Of a stretch of 64,000 bases of DNA, positions 11,700 to 23,800 are shown in pieces (the stretch's first letter is position 1; the number at the start of each line of letters is the position of its first letter). Origin of the DNA: Podarcis pityusensis (Eukaryota); the NCBI GenBank assembly GCA_964106645.2, contig OZ067040.1, one strand, 5' to 3'. The position numbers and the translations under genes were made by a program. The notes below the pieces were generated by a model. It was not told where the DNA came from. It did no database searches and was given only the letters and a program-made list of their open reading frames with translations.

Positions 11700-12196
11700 A
11701 GAGATAGATGCCTGTGGAAATCACCTTGCCAACAAAGGTCCGTATAGTTAAACCCATGGTTTTCCCTGTAGTGATGTATGGAAGTGAGAGCTGGACCTTA
11801 AAGAAGGCTGATCACCAAAGAATTGATGCTTTTGAATTATGGTGCTGGAGGAGACTCTTGAGAGTCCCATGGACTGCAAGAAGATCAAACCTCTCCATTG
11901 TTAAGGAAATCAGCCCTGAGTACTCACTGGAAGGACAGATCGTGAAGCTGAGGCTCCAATACTTTGGCCTCCTCATGAGAAGAGAAGACTCCCTGGAAAA
12001 GACCCTGATGTTGGGAAAGATGGAGGGCACAAGGAGAAGGGGACGACAGAGGACGAGATGGTTGGACAGTGTTCTGGAAGCTACCAGCATGAGTTTGACC
12101 AAACTGCGGGAGGCAGTGGAAGACAGGAGTGCCTGGCGTGCTCCGGTCCATGGGGCCACGAAGAGTAGGATACAACTAAACAACTAAACAACGAGA
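11700..12196 (+). mobile_element. RTE-BovB LINE, 5'-truncated
   Basis: Translates to TKVRIVKPMVFPVVMYGSESWTLKKADHQRIDAFELWCWRRLLRVPWTARRSN...; CAA-rich tail; 28-bp TSD. Confidence 0.92.
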
Positions 12197-15100
12197 AGGC
12201 AAATTGACGGAGGGTAAGGCTATTGGTGGCTAGAGACAGCATGTCCCTGTATACCAGCTGCTGGAAGGGAGAGCACTGTTGCACTTATATCCTGTATGTG
12301 GGATTTCCACAGGCATCTGACTGGGCACTCTGAGGATTGCATGCCCAGATAGGCCACTGACCTGGCCAGCAGGGCTCTTCTAATGTAGACTTCTGAGCAG
12401 CCCTTGACACTGGGGCCCGCCCCCCAAGTGTTTGAAATTCATTGCCATACGGAGAGGTAATTTTATTAGTGTTGCTGGAAAAAGAACTTTGCGGGTTTCT
12501 CTATCACCACCTCTGCTTCTCTCTTTGCAAACTGGAGCAGCTCATTTCTAATTGTTCCTTCCGGCATCTTTATTAGGGCTGCCAGTGCTCTGCCCTGAAG
12601 AGCTGGAGGGTAGGAAACTTCCCAAAATCACATTGGTGTCTAGCTGCGAGGAGCTCTCCAAGATGTCAGGCAAATATCCTTCGCACATCACCTGCTACAT
12701 GAGCCTTTTTTTTTTTTTAAGCTGGGGATCCTAGGGATTGAACCCGAGGCCGTCTGGACTCAAAGCATGAGCTCTACCCGTAGAGCTATGGTCCATCCAC
12801 AGTACATGTCAGAACAAACAGAGCTTGATATGATGTTGAGCTTGCAAGTGGGGAGAACTTCCTCTGCTAAAGTAAAGCTCCAAGAAGGGCAGTGGGTGTG
12901 ATGCAATGCATCAGAAACACAGAACATGGTACTGGATTCAGGATTAACATGGTACTGCTTATTCTGCTCCCACAAAAACTCAGTATTCATAAAAAGGAGC
13001 GGGCAAGCTTCCTGTTCTTGTGGCTGGAAAGGCATGCTTGAAAGTGTGTGGTTAATGCCTCCTGAAATCTCAGCAGCCGGAGAATTGATAAACAAAGACT
13101 TCCTAAGCTTGGTTGGCTAGGTGGGGGGAGAAAAACAGGAGTCCAGTGCCTTCTGTTGGTTTTTGTCCATCCCCACTTCCTAACTAGAAAAACCAGGATA
13201 AATTAAGTAACACGGAAATGGGGAATAAATTAAACAAGGGAAATTATGCAAGTGTGCTCATTTTTGCCCTAGCATATGGACATTGCAGAACTGAACTTTT
13301 GTTGATGCAGAATTTCAATTTTATTTGTTTGAGCAAAGAGTAAACATGGTCCTGCCCTGCACACTGGAAGCAACTACAAGCTAAAGGCCGCTGCTGCAAT
13401 AATTAGTTTCAATGAGAGAACGTATCAGCTTGCACACATGATGATTTTCACACCTCAAATACCTAAATTTATCCTTTGCATGGGGAGTAACTGAGAGACA
13501 AATTATTTTGGAGGAGAGAGCTGGAAACCTGCAATCAGTTTTGCCTAAGGAAGACATGCCCCGTCAGCCTATGTAAGCAATAAGTCTGTACTTGCAGGAG
13601 ATAATGGGTGTGGCTTCCATTTGTACGACTAGTGTTGTACCTTTGGCAGCGGCAGATCTGACATAGGAGAGGAATTGCAAGGAACATCTTAATGCACATC
13701 AGGAATGGAGCAGGGCAGGATTGTTCAGTAGCAACACCAGTCCAGACCTCAGAGAGATTCTGGCAAACGAACCATACTAGGATGCTGGTTCAAAATCAGA
13801 AGGCATCAGATAAAGAACCAACTCATGACTAAATGTGCATTGAATGAGTTTGGTTACGCACTGGTGCCACAGCTGCCATTGAAAGGAGTTGCAGATTTAC
13901 GTCTACAAGGCTGGCTTTGAATTGCATGTAGGGCACAGGCCCTTTTCTCTACTTTAAGCGGGCTTTGCTTAGGTCAATAGTTTCAGAGGGCTGCTGTTTC
14001 CGCTCTGCTCTGCGACCAGAATTCCATCAAGAAGGCATCAAAAAACAATGCAGACTTAAAATGTGCCCTGCTCTCTATGGGAGCGAGACAACGGGAGTTC
14101 TTGGTTTGTGTCCAGATCTCTGCACATTAAAAGCCTGCACACAGACATTATATTTCAGCATCTGATTGCTCTGGTAACTGCCGGGTTCACCTCTATGTAG
14201 ATGCACACCCATTAGAAGCAACTAAAGATCATTCTTTGCTAGGGTGTGACTGTTGCCCAGCTCCAACATAGCAGGCAGGAATAGAGGACAGCTTCTGAGC
14301 TTCTCCGGCCCATTTGCTATTCTAATTATTTTCAGCCCAAAGAACATCTTGCTAATGGATGCAAGCTGCTGAACAGTTTGCAGGTTTTCTTCCATGCCTT
14401 CCCCAATGTGGAGGAAGAACGGGATAAATCCCAAGTACGGAAAAATAGGGATTCCTGACCCACATGACTTTGCCATGAGCTTTAGTGCTAGGCCCCTAAA
14501 CAGTTAAGTTAGGGAAATCTAGGAAATCTGGAATATTTTTTCCCAGCCCTACTCAAGAGGGTAAAAGCTGACACTCCCAATTCTTTCATGCCAACTGCTG
14601 GGGCATAGCAACAGCTTCTCAGCCGAAATTAACGGAAAGCCTCGAGTTAGTTTTACACTTGCTTCCAGGATGCTCACAATTGCTTAGCACATTCTTAGGT
14701 GTCACACACTCACAACTATGCTTTCAGAAACTGCATCGGCATTGTTTTTTTAGCAGGCTGTGTGAAAACTAGAGCTGTTGTTTCATTGAATAGTAATAGC
14801 CATGCTAGCGCAATAGAACATTATTTACTGATAGTTTGAAAGAACTCCAGCCATCGTCATTAGCAACTTTTAATCAATGCCACAAGGGTAGCTGTATTCT
14901 GGTGCAACAAAAAATATGACAAGAGTGCCTAGTGGCATCTAAAAAGACTATGGCTGCAATCCTAACCATGTCTACTCAGAAGTAAATCTCAATGAATTCA
15001 ATGGGGCTTACTCCCAGATTAAGTGGGGTCCGTACGATAGCCTAAAATATTTTCAGCAGCCTGACCTCACTTTGTCATTTTATTCCCCCTCTCTTCGGCC

Positions 15101-15928
15101 ACATTCACACCATACATTTAAAGAACTTTGATACCACTTTAGACTGTCATGGCTTCCACCCAAAAACTGTGGGAGCTGTAGTTTGTTTAGGGCTGGCTTC
15201 CTCAACCTCGGCCCTTCAGATGTTTTTGGCCTACAACTTCCATGATCCCTAGCTAGCAGGACCAGTGGTCAGGGATGATGGGAATTGTAGTCTCAAAACA
15301 TCTGGAGGGCGGAGGGTGAGGAAGCCTGGATTAGGGTGTTGAGAGTTATTAGGAGGCCCCTATTCCCTCACAGGGCTACAATTCTCAAGAGTTCCCAGTG
15401 GAGAGGTATTAACTGCTAGCCACTCTGTGAATTGTAGCTCCTAAATGGAATAGGGCTCTCGCAACAACTCTCAGCACCCTTAACAAACTGCAGTTCCCAT
15501 AATTCTTGGGAGACAGCCGTGACTGTTCAAAGTGGTGTCACAGAACTTCGAATGTATGCTGTGAATATGGCCTTGATGCCCACGAATATACATATCTGTG
15601 AATAAGCGTTCCTACATTATATGAATGGGGCTCTTGTCCCTGAATGTTAGGACTTACAGTAAATCTTCAAGACAACAATATAAGAAGAGAGGCATTTCCC
15701 GGTGCCTACTTAGTCCCTTTCTTCACCCTACTCTACCTCAAGCCAATAAAAGAAGTCTGTTTCTGCAACCAGAGATGGTGATGAATATTAAATTTGTATA
15801 CCACCCTTCATCTGTAGATCTCAACATAAAAACACAAGATAAAAAACACAAAATGCATAATAACAACAAGAACAGGAACAAACCAATAACCCTCTCTGCC
15901 CACCCCAAGCTGAATCTTACTTCAACAC

Positions 15929-15947
<19 letters not shown>

Positions 15948-15971
<24 letters not shown>

Positions 15972-16113
15972 TTATTATTATTATTTATACCCCACCCATC
16001 TGGCTGGGTTTGCCCAGCCACTCTGGGCGGCTTCCAACAAAATATTAAAAATACAATAAAACATCAGACATTAAAAACTTCCCTAAACAGGGCTGCCTTC
16101 AGATGTCTTCTAA
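15948..16113 (-). mobile_element. L2-type LINE 3' end with (ATT)n tail
   Basis: Reverse complement of the 3' end of the element at 26880-27778. Confidence 0.8.
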
Positions 16114-17942
16114 AATTATGGGACAGCATCTTCTACTACATCTGAGAGCAACCAGCTACCTTTGGGGAAAGCAATAACCCTGTCCTCACTGCCATTAGGA
16201 GATGGAAAGCTTTCTACAATACATTGTTTGGTTTAATCCAAAGAAAGGGCACTTGTAGACTCCCAACTCCTAACCAGAATGGCCAAGGTCACAGATGACG
16301 GGAGCTATAAGTCCAGCTATTTCTGGAGAGCCACAGTTTCTCCCACCACCAACAACCTGGGTGTGATCAATAATATTATCAAAGGGATCTAACCTTGAAA
16401 AGCTAATGTTTAGGACTCCTGTGATTCAAAATGGGAAGGAGAGGTCTACCACCAACACATTCAAGTAGGAAAACGGGAATCTTCCATTGACTCAGGAAAT
16501 GCTAGCCTGACTCCTCCCTGGGTCATGTTGTGGGAAACCCCCCAAGATATCTGCTGACCAACACAGTGGATGGTGTTCCTCTTCCTACTTGGGACACAAT
16601 GAGCAAATATACACGAGGTGGAATTCCCAATTGTGTTTACATATTTTAGTACGGTACTAGAATTTTATTATTCCAGAGTTGCCCCGAATTATTAAAAGCT
16701 ATTGATTGAAGGATATATCTTTGGAGCACTCTCGACTTCAGACACAAAAAACTTCTTCCAAACTCACAGCTGATGAAAAATAATTTCAAGACCTAGGCCT
16801 CCATTTTTAAAAGCTATTATCAGATCCTGCAGACCTTTCCAATTCCTAGATGACAGCATCAAGAGTTTAAGAACCCAAGCAACAAAGCAGCTGGAATTTT
16901 CCCAGCCCTATCTTCAAGTGACCGTTAAATGGACCTTTGTTTCTTATTCCAAAATAAGACCACCTCATGTTTTCCAAGGCTGAGGTGTCGGTGCTAAATG
17001 GAAGCAGACCCCAAGGAGGGGGAACCTTATCTACCAGAACCTCATCAAGAAGCCTCAACGAAGGATTAACTCTAAAAGAACTTCACTACCACACAGGCAT
17101 CCTCATCTTTGACAATACACACATTGTATCATGGGAAGAAGAACCCCTGTACTTCAAATCCTGCAGCACTGCTGTTCCTTTAACACAAACTTCACCAACC
17201 TGGTGTCCTCCAGATGTTTTGGACTACAACTCCCATCAGCCCCAACCAGCATGGCCAATATCAGGCATGATGGGAGGTGTAGTTCAAAAACACCTGCAGC
17301 CCCAAAAGATGTTTCAGTCTAAATAAAGAAACAGATATTTTTGTTCTAACCTTTCTCCTTTTTTTCTATTTACAATACAGCCATTTATTTGAATTTCAAG
17401 GAGGGGAAAAAATGCAAAATCTTCTTTTAGATTTTGAAAACAAGTCCGCAACCTGTACGCTTTTCTACCACAGTCAGTTCCATGAATGCCACCCTTCACT
17501 TGAATTTCTCTGCCATTAATTCTGTGAACCAAAACGGTATTTTGGTAATCTCCATCTACCCTAGATACACACACTTGATTAGTCTTCTGTTCGGTTCCTT
17601 TCCTACAAGGTTTAGTTCTCACCCTTTATCCCTCTTAATTAAAAAAACAAACAAACCCCATAAAATAGTTTCTGCCTATTTTTCATCTAAAACAACCATA
17701 TTTTATAATTAAATAAGAGGGTAGGTAAAAGAGCTCAGGAAATAATCACAAATTACCAAAACCTAATAGATGGATTATATTCAACACTTATACAAAATTT
17801 ATAATTGTCCGAACTGTTTTATGTATGATTTTGTTGCAATCCGTAAAACAACCACATAAGATACGGTATATCATTATTATAATCACCATGTTTCAGATGA
17901 GGAAATGGAATCTGCTGAGGCCATGTGGCTTGAATGGAAATA

Positions 17943-18193
17943 CCGTATTTTTTGCTCTATAAGACTCACTTTTTCCCTCCTGAAAAGTATGTGTGTGCGT
18001 CTTATGGAGCGAATGCAGGCTGCGCAGCTATCACAGAAGCCAGAACAGCAAGAGGGATTGCTGCTTTCACTGCGCAGCGATCCCTCTTGCTCCTCTGGCT
18101 TCTGAGATTCAGAATATTTTTTTTCTTGTTTTCCTCCTCCAAAAACTAGGTGCGTCTTGTGGTCTGGTGCGTCTTATAGAGCGAACAATGCGG
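17943..18193. mobile_element. TcMar (Tc2/pogo-like) MITE, related to 2001-3977, unexpanded and in opposite orientation
   Basis: TA|CCGTATTTTTTGCTCTATAAGAC...GCGTCTTATAGAGCGAACAATGCGG|TA with an internal hairpin. Confidence 0.8.
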
Positions 18194-18527
18194 TAATTTC
18201 AGGAGTTCCAACACCAACAGTAGATTTGAATTTTATAGTTCAGACACTTAATTATTATGCTACATGCTAAACCACCACATATTGCAGCCCCTCACATGCT
18301 TTTTCGGCTTGCGTAGAGCTTTTATTTCTACTGGTGGTTTCCATTCTTCCTTTACTAAACCCCGTCTCCCTCTCTGATCTCACAATAACCTATCAGCACA
18401 GGGGCTGATAGGAACACTGATGGAAGTTGCAGTCCCAAATATCTGGTGGTCCCCATGTCAGGGAAGGCTCCTCTAAGCCAACCAGACTGCAACATACATC
18501 ATGCAAAAGATGACTTCAGCATCCTAC

Positions 18528-18653
18528 CTCTTCTGAATTCTCCGTGCCTCCATCTTTGCCACTGCCACTGCTGCCACCACCACCACCGCCGCTGCTGCTG
18601 CTGCCGCTGCTGCTACTGGCTTTCGTAGTGCTTTTAGTAGACTTTGGAGGCTC
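18528..18653 (-). CDS. PPP2R5D: PPP2R5D coding exon 2
   Basis: cctccttag|GAG CCT CCA AAG...GAA GAG|gtagga gives EPPKSTKSTTKASSSSGSSSSGGGGGGSSGSGKDGGTENSEE (126 nt, phase 0-0), matching mammalian EPPK...GKDGGGENTEE. Confidence 0.93.
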
Positions 18654-19973
18654 CTAAGGAGGAAAAGGAACAGGAAAAAAGCACATTCAGATGCACTGTT
18701 TTACCAACAGCTTAACAAAGTTCATGGATCCTGCAAGGCAAGCATCATGAAACCCCGACAGAAAAAGAGGACACCATCCCATAAATAGGCTCCTATACCA
18801 TGCTCTCCATGTCGGTGCCCAAGAGACACAAACTTCCTGGCGCAAGAGAAAAGTCTGTGTACGGAAACACACTGATCATCATCCAAGTGCTTCTGCTAGA
18901 ACGATCAATTCTCTTCCCTTTAAAAAAGGCACCTGACTCTCTTGAAGTCCCACCCACTGGTGGGGGGCAGCTGCCTGTTTTGCAGCCTGTTGCTCTCTCT
19001 GCCTTAGCCAGAGCAGCCGAGTCTCTGCTCCTGCCATCCTCCATGGGAAAGGGCTTATCTGCCAACAGCAAGCAAATGCTAGTAAACTGCTATTTAGAAA
19101 GCAGTTTGCAATGCAGGCAGAGAACAAAGACTGGAGGACAAACTGAAAAGGGGTTCTCAAGCTGAGGGGAGGGAGCTCCATTCAACTGGTGTGTGGATAG
19201 TCAACAAAATCTGTATTCAGCCTATTTTTTCCTCCCCAACACAGACAGAAGCTGTACTGACCAAGGTAGAATTCAATGGGGCTCTCTCTCAGGGAAGTGT
19301 GTACAGGCTACAATCTAAACGAACTTCATCACAGGTAAGGAAAATACATTTACTAGTTGTATTAAAACATATTTCGCAAGGGAATTTGACCTGCTCCAAG
19401 GCATATGTGATGGGCTGCTGTGGAAAATGACGCTTTAGTGAGCCTGTGCAGCACAGTGGTTAAGAGTACTGGACAAGGACTAGGCCAGGGTTCAAATCTT
19501 CACTCAGCTATGAAGCTTGCTGGGTGACTTTGAGCCAGCCATTCACTCTCAGACTAGTCTATGGTGCAGGGTTGCTTTGAGGATAAAATGGGGAGCAGAA
19601 CGGGCTTGTCTGAGGAAAGGTGGGATAGAAATAATAACAAACAGTATCCATGCTGCAGGACCACTTTTGTTTTTTGCTGTGAAATGCATGTGTTTGATAA
19701 CCATATTGTGAAGATAGATAGATAGATAGATAGATAAAACTTTATTTGCATTAGCCAATGGCCATAGCAACAGTAAAACATTACAGTATACTCAGAAAAG
19801 TAAACGTGATATAAGAGCACAATTTAAAGTCCTGAATCAGCCGTCAGTTAGTGGCCCTTATTCTGATTGCCCCTGCTATGAACCTAGCAACCTTTGCTGT
19901 TATCTGTTATAACCATATTGTGAAGAGATTCTGTGTTGTGCCTTTAGGTCCATATCTGCTGCTCAAATAAAAG

Positions 19974-20963
19974 GTGGGAGAAATCATCAGGGGATTTGGG
20001 CTGAGTGTTCATCAGTATGTGGATGATACCTCTCATTTAAATCGGAACCAGGGACTACCTCTGATGGTGACTTGGAAACTACAATTAATCCCCAATGCAG
20101 TTGCTAGACTGATGACTGGGAGCAGCCACCAAGACCATATAACACTGGTCCTTAAAGATCTGCATTGGCTCCCAGTATGTTTGCAAGCACAATTCAAACT
20201 GCTGGTATTGACCTTTAAAGCCCTAACAGCTTCAGCCCTGTATACCTAAAAGAGTGTCTCTACCCCCATCATTCAGGTTGGACACTGAAGTCCAGCTCCA
20301 AGGGCATTCTGGCCCTTCCCTCATTGCAAGAAGTGATGTTACAAGGAACCAGGCAGAGGGCCTTCTTGGTTCCGCCTTGTGGAACGCCCTCCAGTCAGAT
20401 GTCAAACAGATAAACAACTACATGACTTTTCATAGACATCTGAAGGCAGCCCTGTTTCAAGAAGCTTTTAATGTTTGATGTGAGGTCCCCCCCCCCCGTA
20501 TTTTCCTGAAAGCCGCCCAGAGGGGCCGGGGTAACCCAGTTAGATGGGTGGGGTACAGTGTTAGAAACTAGGCTATGAAGCCAGGAGCTAAATGGCAGCT
20601 TAAATCTAGGTTATGGGCACAACAACATAATGTCTAGGCACACGCTTTAAATAACAAGAATACAAAGCTGAAAATGAATGAACTGCAGCTAAAATGTTAT
20701 GTTCACTTTTTGCAAGGTCCAGTCCTTCCCCTGCCCACCCCCCTAATATTCTTAAGAGGGTCTCTTCTCCAGTCTTCGGAGAGTAACTGGAAGTGGGGAG
20801 GCAGAAAAAAGGTCCTCCTTTCCTTCCACTCTGCAGTTTTAATATGAAATTTTAGGCACAGTGCTGCGCCCAGAGCTCAGAAATTGCTTGTGCTAATGAA
20901 ATTCCCTGTCGCAAAATGCGCCTAGAACAATGGGAGTTTCAAACACTGGTGGGGTATAAGAAA

Positions 20964-21000
<37 letters not shown>
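19974..21000 (+). mobile_element. Degenerate L2 3' fragment interrupted by a hAT-like element
   Basis: KLQLIPNAVARLMTG...LKDLHWLPV...LKAALFQEAFNV; the (ATT)n tail resumes after the insert. Confidence 0.8.
20556..20948. mobile_element. hAT-like non-autonomous transposon
   Basis: TIRs CAGTGTTAGAAAC / GTTTCAAACACTG; 8-bp TSD GTGGGGTA (20548-20555, 20949-20956). Confidence 0.78.
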
Positions 21001-21002
<2 letters not shown>

Positions 21003-22509
21003 TACATGTTCCTGCTTCATGAAGGTGAACATTGGTACACAGGAACAGGTCTTGTTCTAAGTTCAAAGCCATCTAAAGCCTGGCAGCTGTTTTCCAGGGT
21101 TTAGATAGAAGTCTTTCTTGGCCCTACTGAGAGCTTCTGGAAATTGAACATGCAATCCCTATGCAATGCATGTCCACTTCCACTAGCAGGAATGTTGCAC
21201 TCATGAACCTTTAGCTCAGCATGCCAACATACCCCACTTTGCATACTTCCTCTCTGCAACTGATCCACACATTTGTGCCACATGCCTTATGTTGCACAGA
21301 GGCGCCACGCCTACACTGCACATTACATGGATACACACATTACTTCTGGGGTGCTAAGTCTTTCGGACTCTGCTCCGAATCCTAGACTCTGCACGTTTGT
21401 TTGTGTTCTGCATACTTCTGCAGTGTACAGCAGTTCACAGGAGTTCTGTCTTCTATCCCCTTAAAGTTATGAACAAATGCCTGGCCAATGTCTGCACAGG
21501 GTTCTCTGTGCACTCTCACTTAGCACCCAGAGCCTCCTGTGTCCCAATATCGGGCCCCACCAGGTGCTTACACTACCTATACAGCCTTCTCTGCATTTGC
21601 ACATAGCGCACACATGAACTCTGTGCCCCGCACAAAATAACACAAACCTTTTTTTCAATATTCTTCCTCTTTACATGCACATGGACACACATCCTTCCTA
21701 AATATCACATCGTCAGTGCCTTTCTTCATGGGCCTTGAATTTGCCCCACTTCCACAGTGTGACACTCCTGCCGCTTGCCTAAATCCGCATTTGTCCCAGT
21801 GCCACTTAGGTGTGGTTGCGATGTACTGCAAAAGGCAACAATGACTGTGTACTCTTTCCCATAACTTTGTGCTTAAAACGCAAGGGTCCGATTTAAAGGG
21901 AGCAATCTGCCCTTAGGCCTCCCCCTGCTGCACGGCAAGACAAGTGTGAGGCCTATTGCGCTTGTCTGACCTCCGAATGCAACACCAACACACGCACACG
22001 GGCATCGCGCACACGCCTGCACAGGGAGCCCCCGAACCGGAAGCGATGGACGCGAAGGAAGCATACAAAGAAGCGCAGCGCATCCTCCGCTATCGGTGCG
22101 CGCACACTGCATTCTAGGACGCCCAGGCCCAGATCCGTGTTGGGTTCCCCCCCCCCCCGCCTCCGGAACTGCCACGGAGACCGTCACTACGAGATTCCCT
22201 CTTTCTCCGCAAGCAAGCAAGCACTCAACCCAACCCAACCCCCTCCCCCCCCGTGCCATGCAACGGCGCTTGCCTATGCACCATGCTGCGATCGCCTCTT
22301 CTCCTCCCTCCCTCGCCTTACTCTCGGCCCCTGCATTTCTCCTTCCACCCCGTCTAGGATGCAACGGCCTCTTGCCCGTCAGCACCCTTGTGTTACGCCG
22401 CCGACACCCTCCTCAGCCCGCCTCTCCCCAGGTGCAAGGCTCCTGCACGAGTGCGGACATTTTCTCCCCCGTGTGGGTGCTTGCCTGCCTGCGCGTGTGC
22501 GCGCCTAAC

Positions 22510-22985
22510 TCAGGGGGCCCGTGCTCAGAGGCAGTTAACAACAAACGGGCTGTGCATTGTCTGACCAGGGCGTCTTTTCCGGCAATTAGATTTAAAAGAC
22601 ATATGTTTTTGTGTGTTTTGTGTGTATGCTTAACCCACGGATAACAACAAATATGCTGTGCATTGTCTGGCCCGTGCGTCCTCCCTCCACCCTAAATATA
22701 TATGCATTAGATGTAGATACAGAAATAAAGATACATATGTGCTTGAGTATGCTTTACGCAGGGGGCCCGTGCTTAAGAGTGTAGTAACAAATATGCTGTG
22801 CGTTGCCCGGTCGGTGCCTTTCCTATATATATGTGAATCAGATATTGATATAAAGATGTGTGTGCGCGCGCGGGCGCTTGCTTAACCCAAGAGGCCCGTG
22901 CTAAGGGGTAATAACAAATATGTGCTGCATTGTCTGGCCAGTGCGCCCTTTCCTACATAGGATATAGATACGTGTATGTGTGTGT
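22510..22985. repeat. Four degenerate ~125 bp tandem units in PPP2R5D intron 1
   Basis: Recurrent GGCCCGTGCT...TAACAAATATG...GCATTGTCTGGCC...TTTCCTA blocks at ~22513, ~22640, ~22762 and ~22893. Confidence 0.7.
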
Positions 22986-23039
22986 GTTGCAAACCTAGAC
23001 CTGCAGGTGTGTGTGCACTGATTTGCTCGTGAGTGTGTG

Positions 23040-23800
23040 TGTGTTGCACAGGTACACGGATCCTGCGTCGAAGCCCCGGGCTGCTGCAAGTGCAGCTGCT
23101 TCCTGCCCGCGTCCTCGGCCCCCTCGGCGCGCGGGGCGGCTCCACTCCCGGCGGAGGCCCCGAGCTCGGATGCCGCCAGGCCCCGGGAAAGGCTTTGGCG
23201 CCCGGGCGCTCCCGCCCACCCCACCGCCCCGGCCCTGGGGCGGGGTGGCGCCAGAGAGAGATGGGGGTGGGCCGGCCCCGGGGCGCCGCCGCCCCCCGCT
23301 CGCTCACCTTCTCTTTCTTCAGCTTGTAGGGCATCCCGGACCTCGAAAGCGCTCGCTCGGCCTCTCCCGCCGCCGCCGGCCCGGCCTCCTCTCGTCGCCC
23401 TCCCTCGGTTTCTCCTCGCCGCCGCCGCCTCCTCCTCCCTCCTCTGCGCTGGGTTGGGTGAGCCCCCGATTGGACCTGCTCGGCCCAACCTGCCTGGCAA
23501 CCGCCTCGCTGCCTGCGCTTCATTGGCCGCCGGCGGCCGCGCCGATTTTTGCAATTGGCCGGCCGGTTTGAAGGGCAGCTGGGGAGGGCGGGAGGAGGCC
23601 GCTGCCGGTTTTGCAAAAAGGCGCCGCCGCGGTTGTAGGGGAAGCGGGTGGGATTGGAGGAGGAGGGCGAGGGGGCTTCTCTGCCGCCGGCTGCTCGGGG
23701 TGAGGGCGGGGGGCTGCCGGATTATGGATATAGGTCACCATGGCTGCTTCGAATAAGTTGGAAGGGGTTTGGGTGCCGCGACTGGGCGCCCTTTTGTGAA
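23040..23800 (-). promoter_or_regulatory. PPP2R5D CpG-island promoter with four CCAAT boxes
   Basis: Very GC/CpG-rich stretch around exon 1. ATTGG (minus-strand CCAAT) at 23469, 23522, 23554 and 23653, with one pair 32 bp apart. GC-box-like GGGCGG motifs are also present. Confidence 0.8.
23308..23334 (-). CDS. PPP2R5D: PPP2R5D coding exon 1 (MPYKLKKEK)
   Basis: ATG CCC TAC AAG CTG AAG AAA GAG AAG|gtgagc inside a CpG island; identical to the recalled B56-delta N-terminus. Confidence 0.95.

Noticed and set aside
16400-17850. Possible old retroelement coding remnant (ORFs 16967-17326, 17314-17622)
   Set aside because: No diagnostic motif could be recognised by eye, so it was left unannotated pending RepeatMasker or tBLASTx.
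22882-23756. Long overlapping ORFs of 186-244 aa
   Set aside because: CpG-island artefacts; only MPYKLKKEK (23308-23334) is supported.
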